IMG/VR virus record: IMGVR_UViG_3300035190_000600
Location: 1-44,028 of that record
Strand: one strand, 5' to 3'
Length of the DNA stretch: 44,028 bases
DNA from: a virus
Lineage: Duplodnaviria; Caudoviricetes
Shown piece after piece: positions 1-6,709 of this stretch. Under the pieces are notes generated by a model, which saw only the letters and a program-made list of their open reading frames with translations, ran no database searches and had not been told where the DNA came from. The translations under genes were made by a program, and so were the position numbers. Numbering within the stretch: position 1 is the stretch's first letter; every line of letters starts with the position of its first letter.

Positions 1-127
1 TGAACTTGGCTGACATGAAGCCGACTGCGCAGCCGGAGGAAGCGCAATGAAATCGTTTGTGTTGGCGGTCTTATCAATCCTCGGGACTATCGCAGCGTCC
101 TCTTTCGGCGGTGCGCCAGCAGTCTTG
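1..127. repeat. Direct terminal repeat, copy 1 (identical to 43902-44028); probably assembly k-mer overlap
   Basis: tgaacttggc...cagtcttg is identical at both ends, is exactly 127 nt, and falls within coding sequence. Confidence 0.9.
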
Positions 128-220
128 ATCTACTGGTGGTCGCTGGCCTTTTTCGTGAAGCTCGATGGGATTCACACAGAATTGAAGCAACAAAACGCAA
201 CCTTGGAGAAAACCCTATGA
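47..220 (+). CDS. Small membrane protein (57 aa, MKSFVLAVLSILGTIAASSFGGAPAVLIYWWSLAFF...)
   Basis: Read by hand (below ORF-track cutoff); ATGA overlaps with both flanking genes; hydrophobic N-terminal two-thirds. Confidence 0.65.
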   Translation: MKSFVLAVLSILGTIAASSFGGAPAVLIYWWSLAFFVKLDGIHTELKQQNATLEKTL

Positions 221-540
221 CTTACTACAGAGACGCTGATTACGAACTGAGCGAGAGACGCATTGAGAAATGGGTCGAAGAAATGGAGTCGCAGTTTAAG
301 ATTCCCGAACACACCGCGTGGAACCTTGCGCGCTATGTGGTGCTGGCGTTGCCGCCTGGGGGCTTCTTGACTGCTGTACTGCAAAACGATTTGCATACCG
401 CAGTCGTTCGCGCTGATGACCTAAACCGTGCTGCGTTGGCTGAAATCTCGGATTGCGTCTACAACCTTCTGCCCGGTAACTGTCATGGCGATGCCAAGGC
501 CATTGCGCGTTGGGCTGGCGAAGAACTGGGGGATGTCTGA
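217..540 (+). CDS. Conserved phage hypothetical protein (PPGGFLTAVLQNDL...RADxxN motif)
   Basis: ATG at 217 overlaps the upstream stop; motif recalled from uncharacterised phage proteins. Confidence 0.75.
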   Translation: MTYYRDADYELSERRIEKWVEEMESQFKIPEHTAWNLARYVVLALPPGGFLTAVLQNDLHTAVVRADDLNRAALAEISDCVYNLLPGNCHGDAKAIARWAGEELGDV

Positions 541-1007
541 TGCCCCGCGAGAAGATTGAGCCGGGCTTGTACACGCTCGTTTGCTTGAAGGCGCAGTTGA
601 AGCACGCGAAGGCGAGCGGCGACCGCTACTTGAGCGTCGAGTGCAAGGTACAAGGCCGCGATGCCAAGGTTTGGGAGACGATCATGCTGGAAGGCAAAGG
701 CAAAGGCATGGGCGTTGGCAAGTTGGCCGGTTGGGGCTTTAAACCAGGCATTGAGCCTGACCCTATGGAGTTCATTGACCGTGAGACGCAAGCCCATCTT
801 CGCTACGAAGAGTGGCAGGGCGAGCAATGGCTGAAGGTTGACTCGCGAGCCAACAAGACTGGCGGCTACATCCTGCCGCAGTACGAAGGCACAGAGCCTC
901 CGCATTTGGCGCATCACGGCAATCTCGACAAGCCCTCGGGACGGCCTGCAACGCGCCCAGTCAAACCGCCGCCGCCGGAAGACGACCCTGATCTCACGCC
1001 GTTCTAA
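540..1007 (+). CDS. Single-stranded DNA-binding protein, DUF669-like
   Basis: IEPGxY N-terminus, beta-rich core, Pro-rich linker and acidic-aromatic tail EDDPDLTPF; lies downstream of the exonuclease and annealing genes. Confidence 0.65.
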   Translation: MPREKIEPGLYTLVCLKAQLKHAKASGDRYLSVECKVQGRDAKVWETIMLEGKGKGMGVGKLAGWGFKPGIEPDPMEFIDRETQAHLRYEEWQGEQWLKVDSRANKTGGYILPQYEGTEPPHLAHHGNLDKPSGRPATRPVKPPPPEDDPDLTPF

Positions 1008-1029
1008 CGCGCAGTAGATCGCAAAAGAG

Positions 1030-1064
1030 GGAGGGCAGCGGCGAGGTTAACTCCGCTGCCCTCC
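1030..1064 (+). terminator. GC-rich stem-loop after SSB gene (ggagggcagcgg...ccgctgccctcc)
   Basis: 12-bp inverted repeat, no U-tract; a second stem ccgactg...cagtcgg lies at about 1095-1120. Confidence 0.45.
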
Positions 1065-1162
1065 AAACTCCGCTCAAGCCGTTAAGGCGAACTTCCGACT
1101 GCGTGGTGGGCCACAGTCGGCAAGCAACAGCAACGCTCACAACCTAACAAGGACGAATCGAA

Positions 1163-1894
1163 ATGCAACTGTGGAAGCAACTGTTTAAGGAACTGGCCGA
1201 GACTGAAGGCCGCTTGACCGCGCTCGAGGCGCAAGTCCAAGTACTGACTCACGCCGTCAAAAATGACCTGCTAGAGGGACTGAAAAAAAATCCCCAAATT
1301 ATTGTTTGCGCCTCCAACGAGGAAAGTGTAGACGGGGGAACCTACGGAGGGGGCGAGGTTTCTCCTCCTTCTGAACCTTCTGAAAAACGCACTCCGGAAA
1401 GGGAGGGTAGATCCAAGAAGGGGGGGAAAACCGTGGGAGTTGGTTTCGAGGAAACTTTGCCGGAATTTCCCGAACTGAACACTCCTGAGGTCGCTGCCGC
1501 TCTGACCGAGTGGTACGCATACCGCCGCGAGCGCAACCTTGCCAAGTGGCAGCAGCGCACTCTGCGCATGAATTTGGAGGACTACCAAGCGCACGGGCCT
1601 GCTGGGTTCATTGCCGTCATCCGCCAGAGCATCGCAAAGCAATGGCAGGGCTTGTTCCCGTTGAACGCCGAAGTGAAGCCAGGGAAGTCGCAGCCGAGCG
1701 TGATGAAGCCGGTGCAGCGCAGCGGTGACGACGATGTCCGCGACGAGTGGTTCAAGCTGAACTCGCGAGCTTTTGGGTACATCCCCAAGTGGCCGGGAAC
1801 AGAGGCGGCAAAAGCCGACATCGAGAAATTGAAAAAAATGTTGGAAGCAAAGCGTGCTGCCAGTCACGATGCTACGCAGCAACTGAGTGTTTGA
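1163..1894 (+). CDS. Putative phage replication initiator
   Basis: Low-complexity linker followed by EWYAYRRE...IRQSIAKQWQGLF, resembling C-terminal domains of phage replication initiators; position in the replication module. Confidence 0.6.
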   Translation: MQLWKQLFKELAETEGRLTALEAQVQVLTHAVKNDLLEGLKKNPQIIVCASNEESVDGGTYGGGEVSPPSEPSEKRTPEREGRSKKGGKTVGVGFEETLPEFPELNTPEVAAALTEWYAYRRERNLAKWQQRTLRMNLEDYQAHGPAGFIAVIRQSIAKQWQGLFPLNAEVKPGKSQPSVMKPVQRSGDDDVRDEWFKLNSRAFGYIPKWPGTEAAKADIEKLKKMLEAKRAASHDATQQLSV

Positions 1895-1933
1895 TGGGTC
1901 AAGCACTCCTGACAATCGAAACGAGGTAATTTT

Positions 1934-2209
1934 ATGGCGAAAAACAACAGTCCTGAACACATGGCCGCTATGCGTGCAGCTTGCACTCCCGAGGTGCGTG
2001 CTGGCTCAAAGCAAATCGCAGCGTTGAAGGAGCGCATCCATCGTCGCCGCGAAGAACTGAAGGAGTTGGAGTGCGAGCTTATCGAGCGTCAAGCGCGGTA
2101 CGAACGCCTGATGGCCCCGAAGACGCATCTAGACACGCATCAGATGTCACCGGTGCAAGTCGAACTCTTGCAACGCCTTCTGGAGCTTGTTAAAGAGATC
2201 AAGGCGTAA
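1934..2209 (+). CDS. Hypothetical coiled-coil protein
   Basis: ORF with gaggt SD-like motif; helical charged sequence. Confidence 0.7.
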   Translation: MAKNNSPEHMAAMRAACTPEVRAGSKQIAALKERIHRRREELKELECELIERQARYERLMAPKTHLDTHQMSPVQVELLQRLLELVKEIKA

Positions 2210-2267
2210 GCCCTAGGGGGGCTATACGGAGGGGGCGGGTGATGAACTCGCTCCCTCAACCAATACC

Positions 2268-2459
2268 ATGACAAGAACCTGCATTTTGTGTGGCGCGGAA
2301 TTCACCCCGCGCAGCGGTAAGCGTCAAAAACTTTGTTCGATTGCTTGCTCTACCAAGCACAATGCGAAGAATTGGAATTTCATGGATCCGCGAGCGGCGT
2401 ACAGGTTGCGCCAAAAGAAGAACACCAATGACAAGCACGGGAAGACGGGAACTGTTTAA
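2268..2459 (+). CDS. Small zinc-finger protein
   Basis: CxxC...CSxxC (CILCGAEF...KLCSIAC). Confidence 0.65.
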   Translation: MTRTCILCGAEFTPRSGKRQKLCSIACSTKHNAKNWNFMDPRAAYRLRQKKNTNDKHGKTGTV

Positions 2460-2628
2460 ACAAGTTGACAAGGCCGTTAACCAAACGAGCCGTAAATTCT
2501 TTTTGACAGAAGCCGAGGTCATTGGGGTGCTGGTGTTGCAGGTGGCACACCACGCGAGATATCACCTAGAGAAGTACGATGAGCAACGCAACAAAGAACA
2601 AGACGACGAGGAAGAAAACGAAGATTAG
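2428..2628 (+). CDS. Hypothetical protein with acidic tail
   Basis: MTSTGRRELF...DDEEENED; fills the operon gap. Confidence 0.55.
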   Translation: MTSTGRRELFKQVDKAVNQTSRKFFLTEAEVIGVLVLQVAHHARYHLEKYDEQRNKEQDDEEENED

Positions 2629-3001
2629 TCCGACGCAGTTGACAATGGCGTGGATGAAGCGGCGGGGCTTCATTGCGCAAATTGTCGAGCGGTGGAATCC
2701 GTTTGCCAAAGTGCGGCAAGACCTGTTTCAGGTCATCGACATCGTCGCTGTAAACGAGCAAGGCGACTTGCTGGGCATTCAAGTAACGACACGCGCCAAC
2801 ATTAGCTCGCGCCGCGCTAAAGTGCGCGAGAGCTTAGGTGCTATGTACTGGGCAACGCACAACCAAGTTGAGGTTCATGGCTGGCAGAAGGTAGGCCCGC
2901 GCTGGACGGTCAAGGTTTGCGAGATGGAATACGACAAGTACAAAGCAATGTGGGTCGAGAAGGAGTTCGAGGGCGACACAAGCAAAAAAGCAGCGCAATG
3001 A
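2579..3001 (+). CDS. PD-(D/E)XK nuclease, Holliday junction resolvase-like
   Basis: RQDLFQVIDIVAV...LGIQVTT motif; about 140 aa; located in the replication module. Confidence 0.65.
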   Translation: MSNATKNKTTRKKTKISPTQLTMAWMKRRGFIAQIVERWNPFAKVRQDLFQVIDIVAVNEQGDLLGIQVTTRANISSRRAKVRESLGAMYWATHNQVEVHGWQKVGPRWTVKVCEMEYDKYKAMWVEKEFEGDTSKKAAQ

Positions 3002-4485
3002 AGTACTTGTCCGTGTGCAGCGGCATCGAAGCCGCAACTGTTGCTTGGCATCACCTGGGGTGGAAACCTGTGGGCTTTGCTGAGATCGAAAAATTTCCGC
3101 AACAAGTCTTGGCGCATCACTATCCCGATGTGCCGAATTTTCAAGATCTGACACAACATGACAAATGGCCTTTGGAACGTGGAGCAGTTGACCTTTTGGT
3201 CGGAGGAACCCCCTGCCAAGCATTCAGCATCGCAGGACTCCGGCGAGGAATGGATGACGAGCGTGGTCAACTCACCCTTGAGTTTGTCCGACTGGCTGCA
3301 CGCCTACGCCCGCGCTGGATCGTCTGGGAAAATGTCCCCGGTGTTCTGTCCAGCGGAGGAGGACGGGACTTTGGTTCCTTCCTCGGCGCGTTGGCTCAAC
3401 TCGGGTATGGGTTCGCCTACCGAGTGCTTGACGCTCAATACTTCGGAGTGGCCCAGCGACGCCGTCGTGTGTTCGTTGTCGGATACCTTGGAGACTGGCG
3501 TTGTGCCGCAGCGGTTCTTTTTGAGCGCGAAAGCCTGCGAGGGGATTCTTCGCCGCGCAGCAAAGCGCAACAAGAAACTTCCTCCAGCGCTCGAAGCGGC
3601 CTTGCGTCAAGTAGCGCAGATGTAGTTGGCGCAATTGATTGCAGGATCAACGCGCAGCGGGCACAAAATGCGGTAGCGGGTCATATGGTTGCAACCAAAT
3701 GCATGAACGCACGGCGGTTGGCTATCGACTCGTATGTGGAGGATGACATTGCATCTACAGTCGCTGCTCGAGACTTCAAGTCTGCTAGCGACCTGCATGT
3801 AACATGGCCGGCTGACGTTGTGCCGTGCATGAACGCGCAATTTGGCGACAAGTACGGGCAGGACAACCAGCACATTGACGACGGCGATGGATACTTTGTT
3901 GGGTTTAACGCACGACAAGATCCTGTGCAGTACGGCAACCAATCTGGCGCAGTTGATACTGACGGACACACGATGGCGGTGGCGCTCGGAACCGACTGCT
4001 ACAACGGAAGCGTGACTGGTGATGTTGCAGCGACAATGGGCACGCCAGGTTCGTCTGTGAACGCTTCGGGGCCAACGGTGATGGTGCAGCAGCCTTCTGT
4101 TACCCACACTCTGCGTGGCCGAGGATTTAATGCAAGCGAAGACGGGACTGGTCGAGGTACGCCGCTCGTGTCGCAGCCAAGTACAGTATTCCAAGACAGC
4201 CAATACGGCGTTGCAGAATACGATTCTGCTGGAACTTTGCGTGCTGGCAGAATTCCAGAACACCAAATGACAATTTCTCCAGCCATGCAGGTGCGTCGTC
4301 TCACGCCGGTAGAGTGCGAGCGCTTACAAGGCTTTCCAGACGGCTACACCGACATTCGGCCTCGTGGCAAAGATACGCCTGACGGCCCGCGCTACAAGGC
4401 GCTTGGCAACAGCATGGCCGTGCCCGTCATGCGCTGGATCGGGGAAAGGGTGAATTTGGTGGATTCACTCAAGCGCAGCCGATAA
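2998..4485 (+). CDS. C5 cytosine DNA methyltransferase with long modular variable region
   Basis: Motif I SVCSGIEA, IV GGTPCQAFS, VI WENVPG, VIII QRRRR, IX RRLTPVECERLQGFP, X ALGNSM; ATG at 2998 overlaps the upstream stop. Confidence 0.95.
   Translation: MKYLSVCSGIEAATVAWHHLGWKPVGFAEIEKFPQQVLAHHYPDVPNFQDLTQHDKWPLERGAVDLLVGGTPCQAFSIAGLRRGMDDERGQLTLEFVRLAARLRPRWIVWENVPGVLSSGGGRDFGSFLGALAQLGYGFAYRVLDAQYFGVAQRRRRVFVVGYLGDWRCAAAVLFERESLRGDSSPRSKAQQETSSSARSGLASSSADVVGAIDCRINAQRAQNAVAGHMVATKCMNARRLAIDSYVEDDIASTVAARDFKSASDLHVTWPADVVPCMNAQFGDKYGQDNQHIDDGDGYFVGFNARQDPVQYGNQSGAVDTDGHTMAVALGTDCYNGSVTGDVAATMGTPGSSVNASGPTVMVQQPSVTHTLRGRGFNASEDGTGRGTPLVSQPSTVFQDSQYGVAEYDSAGTLRAGRIPEHQMTISPAMQVRRLTPVECERLQGFPDGYTDIRPRGKDTPDGPRYKALGNSMAVPVMRWIGERVNLVDSLKRSR
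3158..3625 (+). CDS. Overlapping +1-frame ORF inside the methyltransferase gene, resembling the M.EcoHK31I beta polypeptide
   Basis: 155-aa open frame with SSARWLNSGM...SLSDTLET...FFLSAKACEGILRRAAKRNKKLPPALEAAL, matching my recollection of the EcoHK31I beta-type sequence. Confidence 0.7.
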   Translation: MTNGLWNVEQLTFWSEEPPAKHSASQDSGEEWMTSVVNSPLSLSDWLHAYARAGSSGKMSPVFCPAEEDGTLVPSSARWLNSGMGSPTECLTLNTSEWPSDAVVCSLSDTLETGVVPQRFFLSAKACEGILRRAAKRNKKLPPALEAALRQVAQM

Positions 4486-4537
4486 AAAGGCGATAAGTCG
4501 CCTAGGTGGGCGATCAACAACAACAAAAGGAGTGGAA

Positions 4538-4936
4538 ATGATCTTTCAAGCTGTAGTTCTGCTGTCTCTCGCTGCGGCTCCTGCCCATACCGAGCGGCAG
4601 TTCTTTGATGCCATTCGTCGCGTCGAAACCGGCGGTGTGGCAAACCAAGGCAAGGGCGCAGTTGGCGACAAGGGCGCGAGCATCGGCCCGTATCAAATTC
4701 AGCGTGCGTATTGGGAGGACGCACGCATGAAGGACGGCAGATATGAGGATTGCCTTGCCGACCATGTTTACAGCGAGCGCACGATGCGTGCTTACTTCCA
4801 ACGCTATGCACCCAAAGCTTTAGCTGCTGGCGACTGGGAGACGCTGGCTCGCATCCACAACGGTGGGCCGAAGGGTCACACCAAGAAAGCAACCCAAGCC
4901 TACTGGCTCAAGGTGAAGAAGGAGATGAGCAAGTGA
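4538..4936 (+). CDS. Secreted lysozyme, invertebrate (i-type/destabilase)-like
   Basis: Signal peptide; catalytic-type VETGG; GPYQIxxxYW; ARIHNGGP; terminal YWxKV; aaggag SD. Confidence 0.8.
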   Translation: MIFQAVVLLSLAAAPAHTERQFFDAIRRVETGGVANQGKGAVGDKGASIGPYQIQRAYWEDARMKDGRYEDCLADHVYSERTMRAYFQRYAPKALAAGDWETLARIHNGGPKGHTKKATQAYWLKVKKEMSK

Positions 4937-5166
4937 GCAACTTTTCTACTCAATATACTGTGGTTCTTAAACCGCAGCAACCATGTCGGCTGTACGCCCC
5001 CCCGGTTAATTTCGAGTCGCTAGGCGGGATTGGCGTATTTGAACTACAGGATTGCCCACATCTAAAAATCTTGCTTCAAGAAAACCATCCTGATTGGCCT
5101 CGTTTGGTAGCTGCCGTAGCCGCCTTCAACGCCGTGATGGATGGCGAAGAGGAGATGGCGAAGTGA
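4933..5166 (+). CDS. Hypothetical protein
   Basis: GTGA-coupled start at 4933 and coupled to the next gene. Confidence 0.6.
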   Translation: MSNFSTQYTVVLKPQQPCRLYAPPVNFESLGGIGVFELQDCPHLKILLQENHPDWPRLVAAVAAFNAVMDGEEEMAK

Positions 5167-5333
5167 AGGTTTATGTTTTGACGAATGTGATTCGCGGCGC
5201 ATGGCAACACGAACGCATCGTTGTTGGAGTCTATGCCACACAGCAGGCAGCAGACAAGCAAGTCCAAGAAGACACAGACGATGGTTTTGCAGTCTCAGCC
5301 TATAAAATCGAAGAGTACGAGGTGAGCAAGTGA
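5163..5333 (+). CDS. Small phage hypothetical protein (MKVYVL...VVGVY...IEEYEV)
   Basis: GTGA coupling at both ends; pattern common in small phage proteins. Confidence 0.65.
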   Translation: MKVYVLTNVIRGAWQHERIVVGVYATQQAADKQVQEDTDDGFAVSAYKIEEYEVSK

Positions 5334-5545
5334 GCAACGACAAAACCAAACGGCGGATCATTAGCCACATCACAATTAACGCCATCAAGGTGACCGTGGA
5401 GTTTCAAAGCAAGCGCGACAAGCTCATGTTTGATCGGTGGGTAGAAAAAGACTATCCCGAACAAATCAAGCGCGGGCTGACAAGTAGAGAAGTGCTTGAG
5501 CTTCTTGCAAATAAATTGGAACTTTTTGACGGTTACGCAACATGA
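5330..5545 (+). CDS. Hypothetical protein
   Basis: Translationally coupled ORF, gaggtg SD. Confidence 0.65.
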   Translation: MSNDKTKRRIISHITINAIKVTVEFQSKRDKLMFDRWVEKDYPEQIKRGLTSREVLELLANKLELFDGYAT

Positions 5546-6141
5546 CTTTATACACGCACAGCGGCTCGCTGCCGCAACACTTGTATGTCTGGGTGCGGTC
5601 GGCCTTCCTGCGCAGCGACATCGCGGATACGGGCGCGTATGAGCCTGTGGTATGGTTCGGCTTGTCTTCCACGCCGTCACGCGCTTGGGGATGCCATGTA
5701 CGCACAGAAGACAACGCCGTGGTGCGCAACATCCCGCCGCACGAGATTGCGTTTAGGCCGTTTACGGACAAGGACGACATCTGGTGCAATCGCAGTTGGG
5801 ACTTGCACGAGGCGCAGTTCTGGGACTGCACCGGCTACCAGTTCTCGCTGCACGAGTACACCTACCTCCAGAACATGGAGTGCGTGTATCACACAGATCC
5901 GTTTGCCAACGACGACCAGCTTTACGGTTGGTACTTGTTTACCGCGATTCCTGTTGGTGACGGTTGGAGTCGCGAACCAGAGCAGCAGAAAGAATATCTT
6001 TTCATGCGCGGCTGCAATGGTCGCCTTGCAATTAGGCCAACGAACTCGGTATTAGTGCTAGACCAAAGCGTCTCAACCAAGCTCGAATCTTGGCCAAAGA
6101 ACATCCGCGCCCAAACGAAAGTTTGGAGCGTAGACCGCTAA
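5542..6141 (+). CDS. Conserved phage hypothetical protein (aromatic-rich, WDC motif)
   Basis: ATGA coupling; 199 aa; last gene of the + arm. Confidence 0.8.
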   Translation: MTLYTHSGSLPQHLYVWVRSAFLRSDIADTGAYEPVVWFGLSSTPSRAWGCHVRTEDNAVVRNIPPHEIAFRPFTDKDDIWCNRSWDLHEAQFWDCTGYQFSLHEYTYLQNMECVYHTDPFANDDQLYGWYLFTAIPVGDGWSREPEQQKEYLFMRGCNGRLAIRPTNSVLVLDQSVSTKLESWPKNIRAQTKVWSVDR

Positions 6142-6145
6142 GGTA

Positions 6146-6206
6146 GACAGTCATCGTGACTGTCGGCAGGGGGCGGCAACCGCAACGACATGGGCGGTTG
6201 TCGTCC
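6146..6206. terminator. Twin hairpins between convergent arms (possible bidirectional terminator)
   Basis: gacagtca-tcg-tgactgtc (6146-6164) and gggcggcaaccgc...gcggttgtcgtcc (6171-6206). Confidence 0.55.
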
Positions 6207-6213
6207 TCTGTGT

Positions 6214-6468
6214 CTACTTAGGGTCAGGGATGACGATGATCGCGTTATTAGCCTTGAGTTGATACACCCAGGCACGGAACTCATCGCGGCGCAAGTTCTG
6301 CTCGTTATGAGCGCGAATCTGTGCAAGCTCATGCCGCAGCGATTGGAGTTGGCTATCCACGCCATGCAGGCTAGAAGCCAACCACCATGTCGCACCGGCG
6401 ATGACCGACAGGGCCGTGATAGGAACCACGGCTTTCGTTACATCGCGTTCCATTTGGCCCTGCACCAT
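6214..6468 (-). CDS. Membrane-anchored coiled-coil protein (lysis-associated?)
   Basis: One TM segment (VVPITALSVIAGATWWLA) followed by a coiled coil; end of the late operon. Confidence 0.6.
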   Translation of the reverse strand: MVQGQMERDVTKAVVPITALSVIAGATWWLASSLHGVDSQLQSLRHELAQIRAHNEQNLRRDEFRAWVYQLKANNAIIVIPDPK

Positions 6469-6473
6469 TTAAG

Positions 6474-6692
6474 CTACTCCGGCTGCTTGGCTGCGACTTT
6501 GGCTGCGACGAGCGGCTGGAGCTTGCTGGCGGCTTCCTTCACGCCATACGCACCTTGGCCGGCCATGATGGCTTCCCAAGGAATGCTGATGCCGATTTTC
6601 TCCAACAACACCTTCAGAATAGGCAGCAACACGCTGACCCAGAAGGTAGACGAACCGGCGATTTTTTGGATAAGAACGAGGACTGCACTCAT
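6474..6692 (-). CDS. Holin-like small membrane protein
   Basis: 72 aa with hydrophobic segments and a basic C-terminus; aagga SD; end of the late operon. Confidence 0.55.
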   Translation of the reverse strand: MSAVLVLIQKIAGSSTFWVSVLLPILKVLLEKIGISIPWEAIMAGQGAYGVKEAASKLQPLVAAKVAAKQPE

Positions 6693-6709
6693 GGGTTTTC
6701 CTTTTGTGT

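Noticed and set aside
1-127. Biological terminal repeat
   Set aside because: Exactly 127 nt (a common assembler k-mer) and cuts through genes; it indicates circularity, not physical ends
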